DNA of 64,000 nt from Gaiellales bacterium (GTDB taxonomy: Bacteria > Actinomycetota > Thermoleophilia > Gaiellales > JAICJC01): the NCBI GenBank assembly GCA_035695105.1, contig DASSEV010000004.1, positions 21,757 through 85,756 on the forward strand. The letters are read 5' to 3'. Position numbers and translations under genes: made by a program. Positions 36,897-44,668 of the stretch are shown in pieces. Each line of letters starts with the position of its first letter. The stretch's first letter is position 1. The notes under the pieces are model-generated. The model was not told where the DNA came from, did no database searches, and saw only the letters and a program-made list of their open reading frames with translations.

Positions 36897-37864
36897 GCCT
36901 GGGGTTCCTGCTCGGCCTGACGCCGCTGGATGGGATGCTCGGCACAGTCGGGACGGTGGATCTGCAGGAGCTCGGTGTGGTCTTGGTCGATCTGCAGCGT
37001 CGTGTGGCTGAGCTCGAACCGGTCGTGCAGCACCGCTTGGAGGTGGTGCAGGAGACGGTCGTGATCGCAGTCAGGCTTGGCGACGATGTGGGCGGACAGC
37101 GCAGGGAAGCCGCTGGTGATCGTCCAGACGTGCAGGTCGTGCACCTGCTTGACGCCGTCCTGCTCGGCGAGCAGCTGACCTATCTCCTCGGGGTCGCAGT
37201 CCTCTGGGGCGACCTCGAGCAGGATCCGAAGCGACTCGCGGATCAGCCCCCAGGAGGAGACGAGCACAATCACGCCGATCGCCGCGCCGATGATCGGGTC
37301 GGCGTACTGCCACCCCGTCTGCCAGATGATCAAGCCGGAGAGCGCCGCGCCCGCGGAGCCCAGCACGTCGGTTGCGGCGTGGATCATCGCGCCGCGCAGG
37401 TTCAGGTCATCACGGTCACGACCAGCGCGCAGCATCAGCAGGGCGGGGACGCCGTTTGCAGCGACGCCGACGAGTCCGACCACGAACACGCCGAGGCCCG
37501 CGACATCGGGTGGCTGGTTGATGCGCTGATAGGCCTCATAGAAGATCCACCCACTGATCACAACCAGCGCCAACCCGTTGACCAGCGCAGCCAGGATCTC
37601 CGCCCGTCGCCAGCCGTAGGTACGCGCGCCACGGGCGGGCAGACCCGCCGCCCACGCTGCGCCCAGGGCCAAGGCGATCGCACCGCCGTCAGACACGTTG
37701 TGCACCGCGTCGGCGATCAGCGCCAGGCTGTGAAACCAGACGCCTGTGACAACCTGGACGAGGCCGTAGGCGACCGTCAGCGCCAGTGAGATGGAAAGCG
37801 CACGCGTTGATCCCGACCGGTCAGTCGCGTGCGTATGGCCATGCGCATGGGCGTGACCGCTCAC
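36893..37864 (-). CDS. czcD: CDF heavy-metal efflux transporter (CzcD/ZitB-like, full length with C-terminal domain)
   Basis: Track ORF 323 aa. MSGHAHAHGHTHA...; SLALIADAVHNVSD; MIHAATDVLGS; C-terminal domain ...VHDLHVWTITSG. GTG start after GGAGGAG. Confidence 0.9.
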   Translation of the reverse strand: MSGHAHAHGHTHATDRSGSTRALSISLALTVAYGLVQVVTGVWFHSLALIADAVHNVSDGGAIALALGAAWAAGLPARGARTYGWRRAEILAALVNGLALVVISGWIFYEAYQRINQPPDVAGLGVFVVGLVGVAANGVPALLMLRAGRDRDDLNLRGAMIHAATDVLGSAGAALSGLIIWQTGWQYADPIIGAAIGVIVLVSSWGLIRESLRILLEVAPEDCDPEEIGQLLAEQDGVKQVHDLHVWTITSGFPALSAHIVAKPDCDHDRLLHHLQAVLHDRFELSHTTLQIDQDHTELLQIHRPDCAEHPIQRRQAEQEPQA

Positions 37865-38061
37865 CGCAAACGCTCCTCCGACAGGGTTCCGACCTCGACG
37901 CGCTCAATCGGCGCCAGCATCGAAACCGGTGAAGTTCTCACACCGTGAAGGTACCAGCCTGGCCTGCGGTACCCGGCGCAAACTCACCGAACGCCACCCG
38001 TGCTCGGCCGGCCGCCTGGGCCATCGGCTCGCGACGGCCGGCCGGAGCTCGAGTTCCGCCG

Positions 38062-38475
38062 CTACTCGTGGGCCACGCGCCGTAGCGTTCCCGATGCAAC
38101 CAGTGTGCCCGAGCCAGTGCGGACGCGAACTGCGTCACCGCCGCTCAGCGCCGGCACGTACTGGCTGTGCTCACTGTCATGGTGCAGCTGACAGGTACCG
38201 GTGCTGCTGACGCACATCGTGCCGACCTTGTGACCGCCGGCATAGACGGTGAGCGTCTTTCCGGCGAGCTTGCCCGCGTTCCAGAGGCTGATGTGGAAGT
38301 CCCGGTGCGTGCCGTCGCGATCGTACTCGGCGTGTCCGCGCACCACGGGATAGCTACTGCTCCCCGACAGCGCCGCTGCCAGATGCGTCTCGCTGGCAAG
38401 CGCCACCGACGCTCCGACCAGCATCACCGCGATCACCGGCCCGATGACCACCGGGAAGCGTCCGACGCGTCTCAT
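38062..38475 (-). CDS. Small secreted protein, unknown family, His-containing
   Basis: 137 aa, MRRVGRFPVVIGPVIAVMLVGASVALASE...CQLHHDSEHSQY..., within track ORF 38062..38556. AGGAGGA RBS present. Confidence 0.6.
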   Translation of the reverse strand: MRRVGRFPVVIGPVIAVMLVGASVALASETHLAAALSGSSSYPVVRGHAEYDRDGTHRDFHISLWNAGKLAGKTLTVYAGGHKVGTMCVSSTGTCQLHHDSEHSQYVPALSGGDAVRVRTGSGTLVASGTLRRVAHE

Positions 38476-38813
38476 CACGATCGATCTCCTCCTTGATGTG
38501 TTGGGCGAGGAGGCCCTGAGGGGGCCGCTCTTCACATAGAGCCTTCGCCCCCGCATGCTGCCTCCTCAACCGTCGCGATCACGTGGCACGAGTGTTCACC
38601 CGCCCCACGCCGCTCGCATCCGCGCCATCGCCCCACCGGCTTCGGCGTTCTGCGGATCGGCTGAGCCGGTGGCTCGGCCACGCGACCAGCGGGGAGCCCT
38701 GACGACCGATGCACCTGCACCCGAGCAATGCCGGGCCGGCATGCGGCAACACCTCCAGGTAGATCCGAGGATTGCCTGACGCGATCTGCGACGGCCGCGC
38801 GGATACTGGGCGC

Positions 38814-39065
38814 ATGTACTACTCGGACCACATGAACGGGACGGACTGGGCGGCGATGGGCATCATGATGGTGTTCATGCTGATCCTCGTCCTCGTGGTC
38901 GTGTGGGCGATCGCGCAATGGACGCGTCCGGCCGATCGATCCACCGCACCGCCCGCCGGGAAGTCGTCTCGCGACATCCTGGATGAGCGGTACGCCCGCG
39001 GCGAGATCGACAAGGACGAGTACCAGGAGCGACGCCGCACCCTCGACCACCTACCGGCCCGCTGA
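38814..39065 (+). CDS. SHOCT-domain membrane protein
   Basis: ATG at 38814 within track ORF 38772..39065. One TM helix, then the C-terminal SRDILDERYARGEIDKDEYQERRRTL (SHOCT motif). Confidence 0.8.
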   Translation: MYYSDHMNGTDWAAMGIMMVFMLILVLVVVWAIAQWTRPADRSTAPPAGKSSRDILDERYARGEIDKDEYQERRRTLDHLPAR

Positions 39066-39203
39066 CGAGCGGGTGTGCCAGGGCAGATGCCCGCGAGTGA
39101 GGGACGGGCATTGGCGCGCACGGGTCGTGACGGACTCGGACCAGACGGTGGCAAGCGACCGCTGGTTTGACCGTCCGTCTAGCCTCCAATCAGGAGGACG
39201 ACC

Positions 39204-39689
39204 TTGGACACGCCGACCGACACGATCCACGAGCACCACCACGACTACCCGCCTGAGACAGGGTGGAGTACAGCCGTTTCAGCGACGCTTCACTGCCTGA
39301 CAGGCTGCGCCATCGGCGAGATCCTTGGGATGGTCATCTCCACCGCGCTGGGTCTTGGCAATGCCGCATCGATCGGTATCTCCATCCTGCTTGCCTTCGT
39401 GTTCGGCTACGGGCTGACGATGCGGCCGCTCCTGAACGCGGTCGGCACGCGACGAGCGGTGCGGCTGGCGTTTGCCTCCGACACCCTCTCCATCACCACC
39501 ATGGAGATCGTCGACAACCTGTTCATCATCGCCGTGCCAGGCGCGCTCGCCGCCGGCCTCACCGACAGCCTGTTCTGGTGGAGCCTGATCGTCTCGCTCA
39601 TCATCGCCTTCATCGTCACAGTCCCCGTCAACCGGTGGCTGATCGCGCGCGGCAAGGGCCACGCCGTCATCCACGCCTACCACCACTGA
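39204..39689 (+). CDS. DUF4396-domain membrane protein
   Basis: Track ORF 161 aa. TTG start after CAGGAGGA. N-terminus has HEHHHD, followed by LHCLTGCAIGEILGM. The family name is from memory. Confidence 0.75.
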   Translation: MDTPTDTIHEHHHDYPPETGWSTAVSATLHCLTGCAIGEILGMVISTALGLGNAASIGISILLAFVFGYGLTMRPLLNAVGTRRAVRLAFASDTLSITTMEIVDNLFIIAVPGALAAGLTDSLFWWSLIVSLIIAFIVTVPVNRWLIARGKGHAVIHAYHH

Positions 39690-39702
39690 GCGCACCGCTT
39701 AG

Positions 39703-40041
39703 CGCCGCCGAAACTGGGAGGGCACCGACCGGCGCCCTGCACAGCTACTGCGAACCGCTGTTCGTCGGCTGGACGACGCTGTCGCTCACGTCTCGCCGGA
39801 ATCCGATCACGACTTCGGTGCCCGGGGACGCGGCGCTGAACCGCCCCTGCGCGCCGCCGTGCGCCACTACTTCAACACGACGGCGCAGCACGGGCCGAAG
39901 AAGATGGCCGGCTGCTTTGCCTGCGCGTTCGTGGCCACGGTCGAGTCAGACGAGGGGGAGGTGAAGCCGTGGTTCTCAGCGACGACGCCCGAGCTGTGGC
40001 GCGAGTGTGGCTTCACCCGTATGCCCACATACACTGACTAG
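39703..40041 (+). other. Open frame of unknown origin at the high-GC/low-GC transition (possible gene remnant)
   Basis: The frame is open from 39703. The track lists only 39859..40041, (V)RHYFNTTAQHGPKKMAGCFACAFVATVESDEGEVKPWFSATTPELWRECGFTRMPTYTD. No family recognised and no clear start. Confidence 0.2.
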
Positions 40042-40153
40042 CGCGACTCCGTCTCGGCCGGTCTGATTCCCGATTTCTTCCCATACTCGGATGAGTCAAG
40101 GCTGTTGGGAGCCCTTAGCTGGGGGTGCGCACCGGTCCGCTCGCGGGACGGCG

Positions 40154-41914
40154 CTATTCCGGCAGGCCGGCGCTACGTAGCGCGTCGCCGAGTTGACTCT
40201 TATGGTCTGGGTCGAGGAAGCGGGCCGACCGCAGGGCTGTAGCGATGGTGAGGTCCGGCTCGACGTTGAACAGCAGATCGAGGACCATACGAGCTTCTTC
40301 TGGCCGGTCGAGGCTGGCTAACGCCGCCGCGTGGAGGACGTACGGCATGCTGAACTTCGGGTTGGACTCGCTTGCTCGGGCGGCTGCTGCAGCCGCCTCT
40401 GCGAACCGCCCTGCGGCGAAGTGCGCGTACGCGAGCCCGATGTAGGGGATATATAGAAGTGGGTCGTACGGGCTGAGTCGAATCGCACGCTGGGCATGCT
40501 CAACTGCCATGGCGTCATCTCCCTGCCAGGCGCGCACGATGGAGCTGAATCCGAGCGCCAACGCGCACGAGTTGGACAAGGCGAATGAGCGGTCGAAGGC
40601 CGCAGTAGCTGTGTTGTAGTCGTACTCCATCACGGCGATGACGAAGCCGGCAGTGGCGAGTGCGGCGGCGTCATCGCCACCGAGTGCGAGCGCGGCTCGG
40701 GCATGGTGCAACCCTGCTTGCTTCGTTTTCTCGTGGAGGCCGCCCCGCAGGTACCGTTGTTCGTGGCACCAGGCGACCATGGCATGCGCTGCCGCGTAGT
40801 CGGGATCCAGCTCGATCGCCCGATTTAGCAGAATCAACGCTTGGTCGGCGTCGTGGGGCATTGCGGTGAAAGTCAGCGGCAACGCCCGTAGATAGAGGTC
40901 GTAGGCGTCGAGGCTCTCCGGCCGTTTCCGTCGTGCCCGCTCGATCTCTGCCTTGCGCAACGTCGGCTCGAGGATGCCGACGACGGTGATCGTCAGCTCG
41001 TCTTGAACGGCAAAGATGTCGTCCAACGCGCGGTCATACCGATCTGCCCAAATGTGGGCGCCGCTGGCGGCGTCAATCAGCTGAGCGGTAACCCGAAGAC
41101 GCGAGCCGGCCCTGCGAACGCTCCCTTCCAGTACGTAGCGCACGCCGAGCTCATGTCCCACCTGCTTGACGTCCGCCGCCCTGCCTTTGTAGACGAAGCT
41201 CGAGTTGCGGGCAATGACGAAGATCCACTTGACCCGACACAGGCCCGTGATGATGTCTTCGACCATGCCATCGGCGAAATAGTCGTCTTCTGGATCGCCG
41301 CTCAGATTGGCGAAGGGCAACACCGCGATCGACGGCTTCTCAGGAAGAGGCAAGCTAGGGCGTGAATCACCGGCTCCCGGAGGACGACCGGGAACGGGAG
41401 CCCCGACGGCCTCGCCCAGCGCCCACAGATGCCATTCACCGGGCAGGCCCTTCAGTTCGTGAAGACCTCGGTCACTGAACTCAAAGCCGGATCCAGCGAC
41501 CAGATCTCGCAGGGTGCCCGACACGAGTACCTCGCCTGCCTGAGACGCGGACATCACACGGCTGGCGATGTGAACCGCGATTCCCTGCAGCTTCTCCTCT
41601 CCGGCCTCGGCCTCACCCGCATGCAAGCCGACACGGATCGCGAGACCGAGCTCAGCGACCGCCGCCACGATCGCCTCAGCAGCATGAAGCGCCTGCGTTG
41701 GCTGCTCGAACGTCGCGAAGAATCCATCCCCAGCCGTGTCAACCTCTCGGCCATGGAACCGGCGAAGCTCTCGGCGAACCGCGGTGTGGTGGGAAACCAA
41801 CAGCTCTTGCCACTGCCGATCCCCGAGTTTCACGGCAAGATCCGTCGACCCGACGATGTCGGTAAAGAGCATCGTGGCGACGAATCGCCGATCCGAATGG
41901 CCAGCCTGATTCAC
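40154..41914 (-). CDS. Class III adenylate/guanylate cyclase fused to a TolB-N-like module and TPR domain
   Basis: Track ORF 586 aa. CHD domain reads RFVATMLFTDIVGSTDL...VDTAGDGFFATF...IRVGLHAGEAE. It is followed by SIAVLPFANLSGDPEDDYFADGMVEDIITGL and then TPR-like helices. Confidence 0.88.
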   Translation of the reverse strand: MNQAGHSDRRFVATMLFTDIVGSTDLAVKLGDRQWQELLVSHHTAVRRELRRFHGREVDTAGDGFFATFEQPTQALHAAEAIVAAVAELGLAIRVGLHAGEAEAGEEKLQGIAVHIASRVMSASQAGEVLVSGTLRDLVAGSGFEFSDRGLHELKGLPGEWHLWALGEAVGAPVPGRPPGAGDSRPSLPLPEKPSIAVLPFANLSGDPEDDYFADGMVEDIITGLCRVKWIFVIARNSSFVYKGRAADVKQVGHELGVRYVLEGSVRRAGSRLRVTAQLIDAASGAHIWADRYDRALDDIFAVQDELTITVVGILEPTLRKAEIERARRKRPESLDAYDLYLRALPLTFTAMPHDADQALILLNRAIELDPDYAAAHAMVAWCHEQRYLRGGLHEKTKQAGLHHARAALALGGDDAAALATAGFVIAVMEYDYNTATAAFDRSFALSNSCALALGFSSIVRAWQGDDAMAVEHAQRAIRLSPYDPLLYIPYIGLAYAHFAAGRFAEAAAAAARASESNPKFSMPYVLHAAALASLDRPEEARMVLDLLFNVEPDLTIATALRSARFLDPDHKSQLGDALRSAGLPE

Positions 41915-41923
41915 CGGCCGAGC

Positions 41924-42216
41924 TTACGCTTCCGGATGGCGGCCAGCCGACCGGAGATGCGGAATGGGCCTGCCTGTCCGGACTTTCCAGGCTCGGTGGG
42001 CCGGCGCCACGGCGGGGTCTGCGCGGAACAGCGTCGCGCTACCGGCGTCCGCGAGAGGGCCGTCCGTCTCCGGCGGAATCGCTTCGCCCCGACTGTTAGA
42101 CCCTCGCCCCCAGCTGGCGGTTACCCGATCCAGGACCTCCGGCGGCCTCAGGTCGTCGGGAACTAGGTGAACATAGGTCGCCATCGCGAACGCAGGCGAG
42201 TGGTGACCGAGCAAGC
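41924..42216 (-). pseudogene. Tyrosine recombinase/integrase, C-terminal remnant only
   Basis: Within track ORF 41924..42421, only residues from ~70 look real: LLGHHSPAFAMATYVHLVPDDL (integrase box II with catalytic Tyr). Similarity starts exactly where ugd ends (42217). Confidence 0.6.
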
Positions 42217-43563
42217 TTATGCCGCGGTGCGCAGCCTCGTTGCTCGTGGTTCTTGGACGAGCGACAGGGCAGTATGCGTGGTCGGGCGGCCTATGCCTTG
42301 GTAGGCGTAGCCGACGCCGATCGCTGAGGCTGGCTCCAGGAGGTTGCGCCCGTCGATGATGAGGGGGTTTCGCATTGATGCGGTCGTCGTGGGGTCGATG
42401 AGCTGCCGGAATTCCGGCCATTCGGTGGCGATGACCGCGGCGTCGGCTCCGTTCACCGCTTCGGTGAGGCTCATCGCGGCGATGCAGTGCGGCATTTCGG
42501 GAACGTCTTTGGGTTGAACGAGCGGGTCGTAGCTGACGACCTGGGCGCCGGTGCGAACGAGCTGGTGGGCGATGTGGATGCTGACGCTGTTGCGGGTGTC
42601 GGTCGTGTCGGCTTTGAAGCTGAGGCCGAGCAGTGCGATGCGGGTTCCGTCAAGAGTGCCCAGGTGTTCGAGGAGCTTTTCTATGACTCGACCGGCCTGG
42701 TTGGCGTTCGCCTGTTGGGCCGCGGTTACGACGCGAAGCGGGACTCCGTGTGTGGTGGCGGTGTGTTGGAGCGCGCTGACGTCCTTGCCGAAGCAGGAGC
42801 CGCCGTAGCCGATCCCGGCGTGCAGGAAGCTGGGGCCGATTCGGTGGTCGAGTCCCATTCCAGCGGCGACGGTGTCGATGCCGGCGCCGACCGCGTCGCA
42901 CAGGTTTGCGATTTCGTTGATGAACGAGATCTTGGTGGCTAGGAACGCGTTTGAGGCGTACTTGATCATCTCTGCGCTGGTCACGTCGGTGCGGATGATT
43001 GGGGTGAGGTCACCTGCGTAGAGGGCGGCTACGCGATCAACGGCAGCTGGATCGGCGCCGCCGATGATGATGCGGTCAGGCCGGGTTACGTCTGATATGG
43101 CCGAGCCCTCGCGCAGGAACTCGGGGTTGGAGACGTAGCCGATGTCGGCCCGGCCGAGCGAGGCGAGCAGCATCTCGATTCGGCGGCCGGTGCCAACTGG
43201 AACGGTGCTCTTCATGACAAGCAAGGGCGACGCCCAGAGAGGGATGGATTCGATCACCGCCGCGACGCGGGTCAGATCCGCCGATCCGTCGGCACTGGGC
43301 GGCGTGTCGACGCATACAAACACGATGCCGGCTCGCCTGTACAGCCGCTCGGAGTCGGTCGTGAATTCGACGGGCCGCCGAGCGATCGCCAGCGTCTCGG
43401 CGAGGCTCGGCTCGTAGAACGGCAGCTCTCCGTTGGTCAAGGCGGCGATGCGGACTGGGTCGATGTCATGGCAGACGACGCTTAGGCCCCGCTGGGCGAA
43501 CGCGGCTGCTGTGACCAGGCCGACGTAGCCCGTGCCGACGATGCCGATCTTGCGGTCGGGCAT
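42217..43563 (-). CDS. ugd: UDP-glucose 6-dehydrogenase
   Basis: 448 aa from MPDRKIGIVGTGYVGLVTAAAF..., inside track ORF 42217..43740. Contains GYGGSCFGKDV (catalytic Cys). TAA stop. ATGA overlap with the upstream gene. Confidence 0.92.
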   Translation of the reverse strand: MPDRKIGIVGTGYVGLVTAAAFAQRGLSVVCHDIDPVRIAALTNGELPFYEPSLAETLAIARRPVEFTTDSERLYRRAGIVFVCVDTPPSADGSADLTRVAAVIESIPLWASPLLVMKSTVPVGTGRRIEMLLASLGRADIGYVSNPEFLREGSAISDVTRPDRIIIGGADPAAVDRVAALYAGDLTPIIRTDVTSAEMIKYASNAFLATKISFINEIANLCDAVGAGIDTVAAGMGLDHRIGPSFLHAGIGYGGSCFGKDVSALQHTATTHGVPLRVVTAAQQANANQAGRVIEKLLEHLGTLDGTRIALLGLSFKADTTDTRNSVSIHIAHQLVRTGAQVVSYDPLVQPKDVPEMPHCIAAMSLTEAVNGADAAVIATEWPEFRQLIDPTTTASMRNPLIIDGRNLLEPASAIGVGYAYQGIGRPTTHTALSLVQEPRATRLRTAA

Positions 43564-44048
43564 CAGACGACCCTCACGTAGCCCTTGGCGCTGCGATAGG
43601 GGAGCTGACCAATGTAGTAGTAGTAGGCGCGCACCGTGAACGCGCCGGGCCCCGGCAGCGGCACCGCCGCTCGGTAGTGGCCCGCGCCGTCGAACGCGAC
43701 GTGGGTTTCGCTGACGGTCTGCCAGGTGCCTGCGACGCACTTCTTAACCTTGAGCTTCACGCGTGCGCTGCTGGTCGGAACCGGCGACAGCGTGCCGCTA
43801 GCTGCCAGGGGTGGCGTCCCGGTCGTGGTCAGAAACGGCTTGCTGGAGCCGCACGCCGAGTAGCGGTGAGTCGCTGCGCCGCTCAGCGCCAAGGTGACCC
43901 TCGGTCCGCCCGGCCCCGTCGTCGACGGGGCCGGTGCGGTCGCCGAGGCCGCGGGGCTCGAGCCGATCACGCTGGTTGAGCCGCACGCGCTGCCTGCAAG
44001 CACGATGAGTGCGAGCAACAGCGAACCGGTGAGTGGTCGCGGTCGCAT
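43563..44048 (-). CDS. Small lipoprotein, unknown family (paralog 1 of a tandem pair)
   Basis: 161 aa, MRPRPLTGSLLLALIVLAGSACGS... (lipobox), followed by an S/T/P-rich linker. C-terminal part reads ...VKLKVKKCVAGTWQ...RAYYYYIGQLPYRSAKGYVRVV. Lies inside track ORF 43563..44570. Confidence 0.7.
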   Translation of the reverse strand: MRPRPLTGSLLLALIVLAGSACGSTSVIGSSPAASATAPAPSTTGPGGPRVTLALSGAATHRYSACGSSKPFLTTTGTPPLAASGTLSPVPTSSARVKLKVKKCVAGTWQTVSETHVAFDGAGHYRAAVPLPGPGAFTVRAYYYYIGQLPYRSAKGYVRVV

Positions 44049-44050
44049 GG

Positions 44051-44512
44051 CTAGCGGGTCACCCAGAAGTTCTGGTCGGCGCTGCGGTAGGAGTTGGTGG
44101 TGGTGTAGTAGTAGTAGGCGCGGGCGAAGTACTTGCCGCGCTTGCCCGCGTAGTAGTTGGGGTAGAAGTAGCCGCTCGTGTTGCCGCTGTAGTGCTTGGT
44201 CCAGACAGTGCGGAAGTCCCACTTGCCGTTGGCGAAGGTGCACTTCTTGACCTTGATCTTGACCTTCCACGTTGTGCCGCTGGGCACTGGGAAGACCCGG
44301 CCGTTCATATGGATCGTGTGGCCGCGGTGGTACTTGGTGTAGTGGTTGACGGCGCCGCAGTGGGTGGAGATGTTGGCGTTGCCATAGCCGCCCTCGAGGT
44401 TGAGGGTGACCGTGCGAAACGTCGCGGCGTAGGCGGCGGTCGCTGCGACCAGCGTCGCCAGTAGGGCCAGGGCGATGAGTCGGGCGCGGCGGGTGAGGTG
44501 CGGTCGGTGCAT
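44051..44512 (-). CDS. Small secreted protein, unknown family (paralog 2)
   Basis: Track ORF 153 aa. Signal peptide has TRRARL. Reads ...VKIKVKKCTFANGKW...ARAYYYYTTTNSYRSADQNFWVTR. RBS GAAGGAG. Confidence 0.7.
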   Translation of the reverse strand: MHRPHLTRRARLIALALLATLVAATAAYAATFRTVTLNLEGGYGNANISTHCGAVNHYTKYHRGHTIHMNGRVFPVPSGTTWKVKIKVKKCTFANGKWDFRTVWTKHYSGNTSGYFYPNYYAGKRGKYFARAYYYYTTTNSYRSADQNFWVTR

Positions 44513-44668
44513 CGGTGCTCCTTCGGTGGCTGGACTGCCTCGGGTGAGGCTCCGGGCTTTGCGTCCCCATCTCGCGATGGGTTTGCCGTTTCGGGTTGTG
44601 TTCTCATAGTCACCACAGGCGGCAGCTTCCTGCGCTCTGTGGCGAAAGATCCCCCCGGTGGGTGACGG

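Noticed and set aside
37865-38061. Possible NiCo (czcD-motif) riboswitch in the czcD leader.
   Set aside because: I could not recognise the four-helix junction or its conserved nucleotides by eye. Only a weak 6-bp GGTACC hairpin is present. A covariance-model scan (Rfam czcD) would be needed.
38729-38743. Palindrome ATGCCGG-g-CCGGCAT about 75 nt upstream of the SHOCT gene, considered as a metal-regulator operator; also ATGCCCG...CGGGCAT at about 39095-39119.
   Set aside because: Short GC-rich palindromes are frequent at this base composition. There is no second copy or partner regulator in the window, so I do not call it.
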